A DNA stretch of 64,000 nucleotides from an uncultured Gammaproteobacteria bacterium (GCA_964409875.1 CAYPEN010000001.1:356275-420274); one strand, 5' to 3'; shown: positions 51,270-58,949, numbered from the stretch's first letter. Numbers and translations: made by a program. The notes: generated from the sequence alone by a model not told the origin.

Positions 51270-52133
51270 CTAAAGCGCTGAGAGGAAACTTATGGTTTTC
51301 TGCTGACGGATAATTGATGCAACAAGATATGGGTTTTTCATAATTTCTTCCCGTTCTGTAGGATTTTCAATGCTTGCAAGCGCTTTTTCAATATCATCTT
51401 TCTCAACCGTTATTTTTTCTTCATCTGCCACTTTTCTTAAGAAAAACTCGAGTTTTAAGTCTTGTTCGGCCTTCTTTTTGTATTCCTCCCTCAGCTTTTC
51501 AGGATCCATTTGTCGCGAAGTAAGATATTGGTCCAATGTGAGTCCTAGCTTTTTGAGCTCATCAAGCATTTGCGACAAAAGTCTTGATACCTCATTCTCT
51601 ATCAAAACATTAGGTACATTAATATTTACTTCTTTCATCGCAGCATCTAGTATGTCATCAAGAGAGGCTTTTTCTTCATTTTTGCCTGGAATTACTATTT
51701 TGCTTTTTGCGGTTATCTTTTGGATTGCCTCTTTATAATTTCCTAGCTCAATTTTAGGCTCTTCACATGTTTCAGCAGTAAAAACTATGTCAGTACCTTC
51801 ATTGAAAACTTCTATATGAATGTGCGGGGTAATAAGCGGGTTCAGGTTGTGCTTTTTAATTGCGTCATTGTAAGCTGCTCCTACAACCTTTTTGAGCATT
51901 TCCTCACGTACTGTCTCGGCATTCAGCCGTGCTTTTGCAATGTTTTTAGGAGCTTGTCCGGGCCGGAATCCTGCTATTTTTACGTGTTTTAGAAGTTCAT
52001 TTTCAATTTCTTCTTGTGCCTTTTTTGCCTCAGACCATGGGATTATAACCGTTATTTCAATAGTTCCGTCGTTTTTTCGCACCAAACCTTCTTTTGGAGC
52101 CGTTTTTTGTGTCTTTTTTACTTCTTCAGCCAT
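51270..52133 (-). CDS. tig: trigger factor, short form (287 aa, no obvious PPIase domain)
   Basis: The N-terminal ribosome-binding signature GFRPGQAP (GFRxGxxP) and helical arm-like C-terminal region are present. The protein is much shorter than the canonical ~430 aa. Confidence 0.75.
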   Translation of the reverse strand: MAEEVKKTQKTAPKEGLVRKNDGTIEITVIIPWSEAKKAQEEIENELLKHVKIAGFRPGQAPKNIAKARLNAETVREEMLKKVVGAAYNDAIKKHNLNPLITPHIHIEVFNEGTDIVFTAETCEEPKIELGNYKEAIQKITAKSKIVIPGKNEEKASLDDILDAAMKEVNINVPNVLIENEVSRLLSQMLDELKKLGLTLDQYLTSRQMDPEKLREEYKKKAEQDLKLEFFLRKVADEEKITVEKDDIEKALASIENPTEREEIMKNPYLVASIIRQQKTISFLSAL

Positions 52134-52191
52134 AAGAAGTAATTATAACTTGAATACCTTATGATGTAAAGGCTGGTTGAAGCGAATAATT

Positions 52192-53199
52192 TTAATGCAA
52201 GCTTCTGGTATAACTATATGGTTGATAATATTCTGCAGGAGCATACGGCTCAATTTCACCACTTTTTGAGTCAAAACTTTTTATCGGGCCATATTGGGTG
52301 ACCAAGTTATTTTTTTCTTCTATTGGTCGCATTATATCTGCTGAATTGTCGCCCCATGAAACATGCCAGTCTTCCCCCGGATATACGGTAAGTTCAGCCA
52401 TTTCACTCACTTTGGCAAATATTTGTCTTGTTCTATATTGCTCCCATGTGACAAACGGATAGTCTATTGCAACCTGTGCTCCAAGTGCAAGATATGGATG
52501 ACCCAAATCTAAAGAATTTCCTTCAATTGATTTCAATGTCATATCCACAGATGCACCCGCCTTATGACCTGAAATCCACGGGGATATTGCTACCATGCTA
52601 CGTGCTTCGGCAAGCAGCTGTCCGTCTGAAATATTACCTTTTTCAGAAACAATCCTGTTAACAACAGTTTGAAAAAGGCCTTCCTGCACCCCATAAGGAC
52701 GGAAGGCATCTTCAAAATGTGGCACCAGTCCAATTTTGTTATACGCACTTCCTGCTTTTATCAACTTTTCAGCAACTCTCTCGCGGACCCAGAAAACCTT
52801 GGGTTTTCCTGCCCATTCACCACCAAACTCATTAATAGGTGCCTGGCTAAAACTTGTCTTCACACCATTTTCGGGAAGGACGGTTTGAAGATTTACCATC
52901 CTGTCTCCTGCTTCTTGAATATTAATAGGGCGCAGTCCGTCTTGCAGATTCATAAAATAATTGCCATAAGGTACGTTCAACATGTCGCCAAGCATTTTTC
53001 TTTGGGATTCTGTAGGAGCATCGACAAGTATTCCATTGTGTGAATGCGGGAATTCAAAATCTGCTTTTAGCTCTTCTGCGGCAAGAAATAGGGTATCTGT
53101 CAACTCACTTATCTCCTCCTTTGTGGGTTGTCTGAACTGAAGACCTACTATTTCGCCTATCTCACGTACATTTGCTGTATTTTCATGATTTTTCGACAT
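52192..53199 (-). CDS. VanX/DdpX-like D-Ala-D-Ala dipeptidase family zinc metallopeptidase (M15)
   Basis: 335 aa with the motifs SGHKAGASVD (SxHxxGxAxD) and EDWHVSWGD (E..WH) of LAS/M15D dipeptidases. Confidence 0.6.
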   Translation of the reverse strand: MSKNHENTANVREIGEIVGLQFRQPTKEEISELTDTLFLAAEELKADFEFPHSHNGILVDAPTESQRKMLGDMLNVPYGNYFMNLQDGLRPINIQEAGDRMVNLQTVLPENGVKTSFSQAPINEFGGEWAGKPKVFWVRERVAEKLIKAGSAYNKIGLVPHFEDAFRPYGVQEGLFQTVVNRIVSEKGNISDGQLLAEARSMVAISPWISGHKAGASVDMTLKSIEGNSLDLGHPYLALGAQVAIDYPFVTWEQYRTRQIFAKVSEMAELTVYPGEDWHVSWGDNSADIMRPIEEKNNLVTQYGPIKSFDSKSGEIEPYAPAEYYQPYSYTRSLH

Positions 53200-53438
53200 G
53201 GCTGCATTATATCATTTGATTTCAAGCTGGATCCGTTATCTTGTCGAGTGAAAGCAAACTTAATTCACGTTGAAGTATAATAATGCATTATGATTGCCAA
53301 TTTGAGGTATTTATTGGCAAGTTGAAGTAGTTGCTTCAAGAGATTTAGGGTCAAGTGGCTGAGAATGGAGTTAATCAGCTGTTTTTAAGCGGTTGTATTT
53401 CGAAGAAATACAATTCACGCTTTTGGTCCAAGTGCTTT

Positions 53439-53459
53439 TGGTGCGGATAAAAGGACTCG
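53439..53459 (-). pseudogene. tRNA-Leu(UAG) 3'-end fragment with CCA
   Basis: tggtgcggataaaaggactcg matches gtgcggatgaaaggactcgaacc at the 3' end of the tRNA-Leu(UAG) gene (53619-53640). Its reverse complement ends ...ATCCGCACCA. Confidence 0.4.
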
Positions 53460-53524
53460 CTCAGATGCTGTTGGCATATGTGCGAAGCACAATTCACCAT
53501 GTCATTGGTGCAGACAGAATTTAT

Positions 53525-53570
53525 TGGTGCCCGAGAAAGGAGTTGAACCTTCACGTCGTTACCGACACTA
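53525..53570 (-). pseudogene. tRNA-Leu 3' half (variable arm + T-arm + acceptor + encoded CCA) without a usable 5' half
   Basis: The reverse complement ...TGTCGGTAACGACGT GAAGG TTCAACT CCTTT CTCGGGC A CCA parallels the 3' half of tRNA-Leu(CAG) at 55546-55628. The sequence upstream cannot form an acceptor, D-arm or anticodon arm. Confidence 0.5.
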
Positions 53571-53618
53571 GTTCCGCTCTCAAATTGCTTCGCAATTCGT
53601 AAAACTAACGTGTGTCAG

Positions 53619-53701
53619 TGCGGATGAAAGGACTCGAACCTTCACGCTTTTTAAGGCACTGGTTCCTAAAACCAGCGTGTATACCATTTCACCACATCCG
53701 C
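53619..53701 (-). tRNA. tRNA-Leu (anticodon UAG), type II
   Basis: GCGGATG TG GTG AAATGGTATA CAC G CTGGT TTTAGGA ACCAG TGCCTTAAAAAGCGT GAAGG TTCGAGT CCTTT CATCCGC A. Confidence 0.8.
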
Positions 53702-53768
53702 AGGAAAGTAGCTAAATTATAACGCAAAAGATGGTTTGAGGCCAGTTTAAAAAGGTTAATTTGTTAAG

Positions 53769-53860
53769 GCAAGCTTAGTGTGAAACACCAAGCTTCGTTT
53801 AGATAGTGAGGGCAAGCTTAGTGTGAAACATCAAGTTTCGTTTAGATAGTGAGGGCAAGC
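53769..53860. repeat. ~41-nt tandem direct repeat (2.3 copies) overlapping the stop region of the 53842-54369 gene
   Basis: ggcaagcttagtgtgaaaca(c/t)caag(c/t)ttcgtttagatagtgag occurs twice, then a partial third copy ggcaagctta. The last 7 codons of the gene lie in the final unit. Confidence 0.7.
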
Positions 53861-54369
53861 TTATTCATGCCCAATTTCTGGTACTCTGCGTCGATTTCGT
53901 TCATGAATCTCCTCACTCTTGGAGCCCAGGTTGGACTTTCTGAATAAATAGGAGCTATTGTTTCAACAGTTGTGGCCCCACGACTCATATACCGAGTTTT
54001 AAGTCCATTCAGAACCGTATCTATTCCGTCTTCAACGGAGTTAAAGTAAATTCTTCCGCCGCCCCACCCATAAGAGTTGTACGAACCGGCCAATTGAGCC
54101 TTACCAAAAGAGGATTCAAGACCAGCTATAGCAGGTAAAAGCTTCCAGTCAATATCATACTTGTCTGCAATAGAAACATATGAGTCAGCATAAGAGATAA
54201 GAGGTGAATGGTACTTTTCAAATACCTTTTTCAAAGCCTTCGCTCTCATATCTGAGGCATTCATAGCAATAACTATGGACTGTGATTGCTTTTCGGCCGC
54301 ATCTGTCCTTACCGCTGAAAAAGCGGTTAGTAGTAGAATTGTGAGCAGAACAGTGATTGTTTTTTGCAT
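53842..54369 (-). CDS. secreted glucosaminidase-domain (GH73/FlgJ-like) peptidoglycan hydrolase
   Basis: Signal peptide MQKTITVLLTILLLTAFSAVRTDA. The motif DWKLLPAIAGLESSFGKAQLAGSYNSYGWGGG resembles the GH73 ..AQA.LESgwG.S.La..nN.FG.. signature. Confidence 0.6.
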   Translation of the reverse strand: MQKTITVLLTILLLTAFSAVRTDAAEKQSQSIVIAMNASDMRAKALKKVFEKYHSPLISYADSYVSIADKYDIDWKLLPAIAGLESSFGKAQLAGSYNSYGWGGGRIYFNSVEDGIDTVLNGLKTRYMSRGATTVETIAPIYSESPTWAPRVRRFMNEIDAEYQKLGMNKLALTI

Positions 54370-54443
54370 ATTTGGGAAAGCTTTTGTAGCTTTCCTAAAT
54401 ATGAGGTTTGAGGGAGATTCAAACCTAAAAGGAGGTGATTACC

Positions 54444-54481
54444 AAAAAAAAATCCTAAAGTAGTTTTGGGCTACCTTAGGA
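54444..54481 (-). terminator. rho-independent terminator (stem UCCUAA/UUAGGA followed by U9 on the minus strand)
   Basis: Plus strand: AAAAAAAAA TCCTAA AGTAGTTTTGGGCTACC TTAGGA. Confidence 0.5.
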
Positions 54482-54499
54482 TCTAATGTGTATTCTATC

Positions 54500-54765
54500 A
54501 AATAACTATGGGTTTGTCAAGTGTATAACTATAAGTTGCTGTGAGTTATTTGGCTTCAAAATTCTACCATTTATTGACAAACACAGAACAATTCGGAGAA
54601 TTTTCATGGGTTTGTCAAGTGTATAACTATAAGTTGCTGCGCGTTATTTGAGGCTAATGTGCAGCAACTTTATTTCATATAAGTTACCTAATATTATTTG
54701 ATGCTAATATACAGTAATTTTATTATATATAAGTTACTGTGGGTAATTTGAGGCTATTTATAGAG
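54500..54765. repeat. array of four imperfect direct repeats (TATAAGTTRCY-N4-6-TTATTTGRNGCTA) including a 45-nt near-perfect duplicate and an 8-bp inverted repeat
   Basis: 54507-54555 and 54604-54652 share (t)gggtttgtcaagtgtataactataagttgctg. Further copies lie at ~54678-54710 and ~54728-54765. The hairpin is gttgctgc-N20-gcagcaac at 54636-54672. Confidence 0.7.
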
Positions 54766-55408
54766 AATCAGAGAGTTTTTGCATGATGAGTGTCACGACT
54801 TGTGGCCATTTTCCCGTATCTGAAGGGGTATATAGCTTCACAATGTCATGAGGGTTCACCAAACCTTTTTGAACGTATTTTTTGGCTAATGTTGAAGTTA
54901 CGGTCGAAATAGCTTCATCATAGCTGGAAAACCTTGTAATTTTACCCCCATAAATCCCAAATCCCCAACAATTGTACGAATTTTTGATTATTTTTCTACA
55001 TAACGTGCTCTCCTGCATGGCAATAGCAGGAAGGAGTCTATAGTCGATATCGTGCTTGTCAGCCTCAGAAACTATAGTTTGTGCGTGACCGAGAAGAGGT
55101 GAATCATATTTGGCAAAAAAATCATCCAGCGCCTTCACTCTGGCATCAGTTGTTTCTACACCTACGCTACTTTGGGTATTGGCATCTGGAAGTGCTTGGA
55201 ATTGAGGCTTATGCTCCTGACGGGCAAAGTAACCGTTTCCTTGATACTTCACATACAAAGAGAAGAGGACTAAAAAAACAATGAAGAGTGGAATAACGGA
55301 GAGGTACGTTGCAATAAAAAGAAGGCGCTTTGTGCTCGGTGTTTTGGGGGCATTTTGAACTTGATTTAGAAGAATATTGTCTTCTTTTACGAGTTCCTCC
55401 TGTTCCAT
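54758..55408 (-). CDS. membrane-anchored glucosaminidase-domain (GH73-like) protein, paralog of 53842-54369
   Basis: N-terminal TM (LLFIATYLSVIPLFIVFLVLFSLYV). The motif DIDYRLLPAIAMQESTLCRKIIKNSYNCWGFGIYGG parallels the downstream paralog. Confidence 0.6.
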   Translation of the reverse strand: MEQEELVKEDNILLNQVQNAPKTPSTKRLLFIATYLSVIPLFIVFLVLFSLYVKYQGNGYFARQEHKPQFQALPDANTQSSVGVETTDARVKALDDFFAKYDSPLLGHAQTIVSEADKHDIDYRLLPAIAMQESTLCRKIIKNSYNCWGFGIYGGKITRFSSYDEAISTVTSTLAKKYVQKGLVNPHDIVKLYTPSDTGKWPQVVTLIMQKLSDSL

Positions 55409-55545
55409 GTCCTTACTTAATCACGTGAAAATTTTTGTGTCAATGATGTAAATAATATACTCAATAGTACAAACTGGTATAAGTTACTTTCTTTGGTAAA
55501 ATAAGAAAATACCCGGGTGGGATAGCCACTCGGGAATAATTAAAC

Positions 55546-55628
55546 GCCCGAGTGGTGAAATGGTATACACGCAGTGTTCAGAACGCTGTATCGGTAACGG
55601 TGTGGAGGTTCGAGTCCTCTCTCGGGCA
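55546..55628 (+). tRNA. tRNA-Leu (anticodon CAG), type II
   Basis: GCCCGAG TG GTG AAATGGTATA CAC G CAGTG TTCAGAA CGCTG TATCGGTAACGGTGT GGAGG TTCGAGT CCTCT CTCGGGC A. Confidence 0.8.
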
Positions 55629-55705
55629 CTAGAAAAGAAGTTTAGGCTTTGGCTTAAAATTCTTTTTTTATGCCTGAAGACCTCGAACCTCTAGAAGGAA
55701 AAGCC

Positions 55706-55738
55706 GACTAGCTGGTTCAAGTTCTCTCCCTGGCACAC
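55706..55738 (+). repeat. imperfect direct repeat of the tRNA-Leu(CAG) 3' end (T-loop + acceptor)
   Basis: ggttcaagttctctccctggcacact compared with ggttcgagtcctctctcgggcact at the tRNA 3' end 78 nt upstream. Confidence 0.5.
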
Positions 55739-55807
55739 TTCTTGCTCCTGTTTCTTACTTGATTCTGAACTGTTTGTTTTTTACCCTTAAAGTGTGACCC
55801 GTATGCT

Positions 55808-56035
55808 GTGTGGATGAAAATTATAGTTATGTCACTGGTGCCGGGAGCTATTTTTGCAACTTTGATGGATTATGTTTTTCCGCATTTGACGAGCTTGGGG
55901 TTCGTTTACTCTTTTATTGCTGGCATGATTTTCTTCATAGTATGTGTTCATGTACTCTCTTCGCTCTTAGGCAATAGACAGTTAAAAAGACAAGAAAACG
56001 AACCACTCACCTTCTTACGCACCAAACTCTATTGA
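55808..56035 (+). CDS. possible small membrane protein (75 aa, GTG start)
   Basis: Two hydrophobic helices (IIVMSLVPGAIFATL / FIAGMIFFIVCVHVLSSLL). No clear SD. Confidence 0.3.
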   Translation: MWMKIIVMSLVPGAIFATLMDYVFPHLTSLGFVYSFIAGMIFFIVCVHVLSSLLGNRQLKRQENEPLTFLRTKLY

Positions 56036-56099
56036 CTCCATTAGTCAGCAAATGATATGTTCAATTTAGGTTTTTGGGTTGAGAGAGGAGGTGAATGAA

Positions 56100-56507
56100 A
56101 TGCCATCTGTTAATGTATTAGCGGTTATTCTATCAGCGGTTCTAAGTATGGTTGTCGGCTCCTTGTGGTACGGTCCACTTTTCGGGAAGAAATGGATGAA
56201 ATTGATTTCCATGACAAAAGAGGAAATGGAAAAAGGGAAAAAGGACATGCCAAAGACTTATGGCATGATGTTTGTGGGCTCTCTTGTTACCTCATACGTT
56301 TTAGCCATAACAATTGGCATGGCAGCAACGAAAGACATAACAACAGGAGTACTTATTGCTTTCTTTATGTGGTTAGGTTTTATCGTTCCTGCCAAGCTTT
56401 CTGAAGTGCTTTTTGAAAAAAAGGCATGGGCCCTTTTTTATATCGAAAGCGGATACTATTTTGTATTTTTGCTTATTGCCGGGGGCGTTATCGGAGTGCT
56501 GGCTTAA
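56100..56507 (+). CDS. DUF1761-family membrane protein
   Basis: MPSVNVLAVILSAVLSMVVGSLWYGPLFGKKWMKL... matches the DUF1761 N-terminal pattern. GAGGAGGTG lies 7 nt upstream of this ATG, and the ORF itself opens at 56079. Confidence 0.7.
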   Translation: MPSVNVLAVILSAVLSMVVGSLWYGPLFGKKWMKLISMTKEEMEKGKKDMPKTYGMMFVGSLVTSYVLAITIGMAATKDITTGVLIAFFMWLGFIVPAKLSEVLFEKKAWALFYIESGYYFVFLLIAGGVIGVLA

Positions 56508-57411
56508 CGTTCCTCGAGCGGTTAAAGAAGTACCCTATTATGACAAGCGTTGAAAGTGGAGAAATCCACGTGGGAAATTTGTAGCCAAAACCGTCAAAAA
56601 GCATTATTGTGCCAAGCACCCCAATTGAGTACATCGCCCCATTTTTAAGATAGCGGTACTGTTTTATTCTTTCGATATTGCCAACTGTTAACTGCCTCAA
56701 TACAAATGCCCCTATACCGTTTCCGATAAGAATAAGAAGTACCGATAACGTAAATGCAAAAGCACCTACAACCCCGTCTATGGAGAATGTTGCATCAAGG
56801 ATTTCAAGGTAAATAATTTTACTGATATCAGACATTTGCCCCTGCGAGCGTACCAAATTGCGCTCTTGTTTTTCGGCTTGTTCACGTACTCCATGAATAA
56901 TAAAAAAGCCCGTTGAACCGACAACTGCACCTATCGCAAGAGTCGGATTTATACCTACACTTGACCAAACTATAATAGTAAGTAGTATCGATACAACCGC
57001 GTAAAACCACACTCCCTGGTTTAAAAGGAACCGCTCAAACCTGAATGCATATTCCTTTGTTTCTAAAAATGCCCAATTTAAAAAAAGAAAGATTAAAAAA
57101 ACTCCTCCTCCTATAAGAAGCACTTTTGAAGACTCTTCTATGATGTGAGCCGATTGTTCTGATCCACTAAATGTTGTGCCCAAAACCTGCCAGAAAGAGT
57201 GGGTAGGATTTGTCAGGTAAATTATTAAAAAAGGCAAAAAACCTCTAATAACAAAAACGGCGAAGAGAATTCCCCAAAACAAGAACCATTTTCTTGCTTT
57301 CTGGCTCATGGTGGAGAGAACATTTGCATTGATTATTGCGTTGTCAATGCTTGTCACTATCTCAAAAACCGCAAGACCTATTATTGTCAGAAGTGGAGTA
57401 AGAAATCCCAT
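56488..57411 (-). CDS. DUF475/TerC-related integral membrane protein
   Basis: 307 aa and polytopic. Duplicated E..SIDNAI / E.LDATFSIDGV motifs typical of this family. Confidence 0.6.
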   Translation of the reverse strand: MGFLTPLLTIIGLAVFEIVTSIDNAIINANVLSTMSQKARKWFLFWGILFAVFVIRGFLPFLIIYLTNPTHSFWQVLGTTFSGSEQSAHIIEESSKVLLIGGGVFLIFLFLNWAFLETKEYAFRFERFLLNQGVWFYAVVSILLTIIVWSSVGINPTLAIGAVVGSTGFFIIHGVREQAEKQERNLVRSQGQMSDISKIIYLEILDATFSIDGVVGAFAFTLSVLLILIGNGIGAFVLRQLTVGNIERIKQYRYLKNGAMYSIGVLGTIMLFDGFGYKFPTWISPLSTLVIIGYFFNRSRNVKPALR

Positions 57412-57433
57412 GCGTTCTATTGTAGCAAAAATG

Positions 57434-57505
57434 AGCGGCGAACCAGACTTGAACTGGCGACCTCTTCCTTGGCAAGGAAGCGTTCTACCACTGAACTACC
57501 GCCGC
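57434..57505 (-). tRNA. tRNA-Gly (anticodon GCC)
   Basis: GCGGCGG TA GTTC AGTGGTA GAAC G CTTCC TTGCCAA GGAAG AGGTC GCCAG TTCAAGT CTGGT TCGCCGC T (discriminator U). Confidence 0.8.
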
Positions 57506-57537
57506 AGGTAGAAATATTCAAGGCGTTAGGAAGTGGC

Positions 57538-57566
57538 AAGCTAGGCTTAACACTGAACTACCGCCG
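57538..57566 (-). repeat. duplicated 5' fragment of tRNA-Gly (first 17 nt exact) with no remainder of the tRNA
   Basis: The reverse complement GCGGCGGTAGTTCAGTGttaagcc lies 33 nt upstream of the intact tRNA-Gly gene. Confidence 0.5.
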
Positions 57567-57587
57567 CGAACTTAAAATTTAATTTTG

Positions 57588-57660
57588 TGCCAAGACCAGG
57601 AATCGAACCCGGATAACGTGTTCTTCAGACACGCGCCTTGACCAACTTGGCAATCTTGGC
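57588..57660 (-). tRNA. tRNA-Phe (anticodon GAA)
   Basis: GCCAAGA TT GCCA AGTTGGTCA AGGC G CGTGT CTGAAGA ACACG TTAT CCGGG TTCGATT CCTGG TCTTGGC A. Confidence 0.75.
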
Positions 57661-57773
57661 ATGATTGTTTTGGGTGTCCGACTTCTTTTCGGCTTGTTTA
57701 ATCGGCGGCTGACAACCCACCGACCCAAATTGGTCTAGCTTGTGGACGATGAGCAAGCTTGTCATCCACTTTG

Positions 57774-57846
57774 TGGACGATAAGGGACTCGAACCCCTGA
57801 CACCTTGTGTGTAAAACAAGTGCTCTACCAACTGAGCTAATCGTCC
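57774..57846 (-). tRNA. tRNA-Val (anticodon UAC)
   Basis: GGACGAT TA GCTC AGTTGGTA GAGC A CTTGT TTTACAC ACAAG GTGTC AGGGG TTCGAGT CCCTT ATCGTCC A. Confidence 0.8.
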
Positions 57847-57866
57847 TCAATTCGTTCTTTCTCACT

Positions 57867-57951
57867 TGGTGGGCTTGAGAGGACTCGAACCTCCACACCT
57901 TACGGCACAGCCACCTCAAGACTGCGTGTATACCAATTTCACCACAAGCCC
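57867..57951 (-). tRNA. tRNA-Leu (anticodon GAG), type II, CCA encoded
   Basis: GGGCTTG TG GTG AAATTGGTATA CAC G CAGTC TTGAGGT GGCTG TGCCGTAAGGTGT GGAGG TTCGAGT CCTCT CAAGCCC A CCA. Confidence 0.8.
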
Positions 57952-57984
57952 AAATTATTCTAGTTCAATATTTTATCAAAATTA

Positions 57985-58602
57985 TTGATTAGTGTCCACG
58001 AACTCTATACACTCAAATCATTGAATATGAACATAAGAATTTTATTTGTTTTCATTATCTTATTTACCCTTGTAATTGCGTCCGCTTTTTTCTATTCTGG
58101 TACTACACACAAGGAAGTGTCAGTTAAAAACAAGTCACAAAAGGGAATAGCTATGAAACAATTAATTATTAAAAGTAGTGCATTTGTAGACAAGGGAAGA
58201 ATTCCTGCTACCTATACTTGTGATGGTGAAGATATTAATCCGCCTTTACTATTTGAAAATGTTCCTGATGATGCCCGAAGCCTTACTCTTATTGTCGAAG
58301 ACCCTGATGCACCCGGCAAGACCTGGGTTCACTGGGTTGTTTTTAATATATCTGCCGACACTACCCATATCAACGAAGATAGTGTCCCGCAAGGGGCGGT
58401 CGAGGCGATGACAGATTTCGGAAATGTAGGGTATGGTGGCCCCTGCCCTCCCCAAGGTGTTCACCGATACCACTTCAAATTATACGCACTTGATACAGTT
58501 CTTGATTTAACGGAAGATGTAACACTTGAAGAAATACGTCATGCAATGGAGCGGCATATTATAGAAGAAGCAGAATTGGTAGGGTTATATTCCCGCGAGT
58601 AA
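57985..58602 (+). CDS. YbhB/YbcL-family Raf-kinase-inhibitor-like (PEBP) protein with N-terminal signal/anchor
   Basis: ...ATYTCDGEDINPPLLFENVPDDARSLTLIVEDPDAPGKTWVHWVVFNI...GYGGPCPPQGVHRYHFKLYALD matches the bacterial PEBP signature. An alternative start is the ATG at 58027 (MNIRILFVF...). Confidence 0.85.
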   Translation: MISVHELYTLKSLNMNIRILFVFIILFTLVIASAFFYSGTTHKEVSVKNKSQKGIAMKQLIIKSSAFVDKGRIPATYTCDGEDINPPLLFENVPDDARSLTLIVEDPDAPGKTWVHWVVFNISADTTHINEDSVPQGAVEAMTDFGNVGYGGPCPPQGVHRYHFKLYALDTVLDLTEDVTLEEIRHAMERHIIEEAELVGLYSRE

Positions 58603-58741
58603 GATAATCTTCGGTATATTTTGACTACTTGTGTATGAAAAGTACATAAAACTTGTAATAAAACAAAGAGTCTGCTATAGTAAAAAAATTCTACTCTTCG
58701 AATTTATCTTCTAGTTTCCTAATAAAAGGAGGTGTATTTAC

Positions 58742-58828
58742 TTGAAAAAATTTTTGTCTAAGTTAATCGAGCTTTTTATTCCAAAACGTCCGGCTTACGT
58801 TCCGGTTCCTGTCAGGCGCCGCTATTAA
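58742..58828 (+). CDS. candidate small ORF (28 aa, TTG start) encoding a basic Pro-rich peptide
   Basis: AAAGGAGGTG at 58726-58735, then 6 nt, then TTG. Product MKKFLSKLIELFIPKRPAYVPVPVRRRY. Confidence 0.35.
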   Translation: MKKFLSKLIELFIPKRPAYVPVPVRRRY

Positions 58829-58949
58829 GCCATCCTTTTCTACAAGAATGCCGTATATAGTATTTGATTAGTTAGTGCTTTTTTCCTCTCCTTAAATCTC
58901 ATCACTTTTTTATTTCAACAATCAATTGCAAATTCTTACATTCAAAAGG

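Noticed and set aside
53393-53602. Plus-strand 69-aa ORF
   Set aside because: It overlaps the tRNA-Leu fragments and has no SD. It is most likely spurious.
53525-53618. Possibility that 53525-53618 is a complete functional tRNA-Leu or tRNA-Ser
   Set aside because: The 3' half is perfect, but no arrangement of the 5' ~45 nt gives an acceptor stem complementary to CTCGGGC, or a D-arm, or an anticodon stem. It is treated as a fragment.
54429-54444. Perfect SD-like AAAGGAGGTGATTACC on the plus strand
   Set aside because: No start codon lies within 5-12 nt and no downstream ORF exists. It is more plausibly the complement of an anti-SD-like segment in the minus-strand 5' UTR, and it is covered under the 54444-54765 finding.
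57625-57919. ORFs 57625-57831 (-) and 57698-57919 (-)
   Set aside because: They overlap tRNA-Phe, tRNA-Val and tRNA-Leu.
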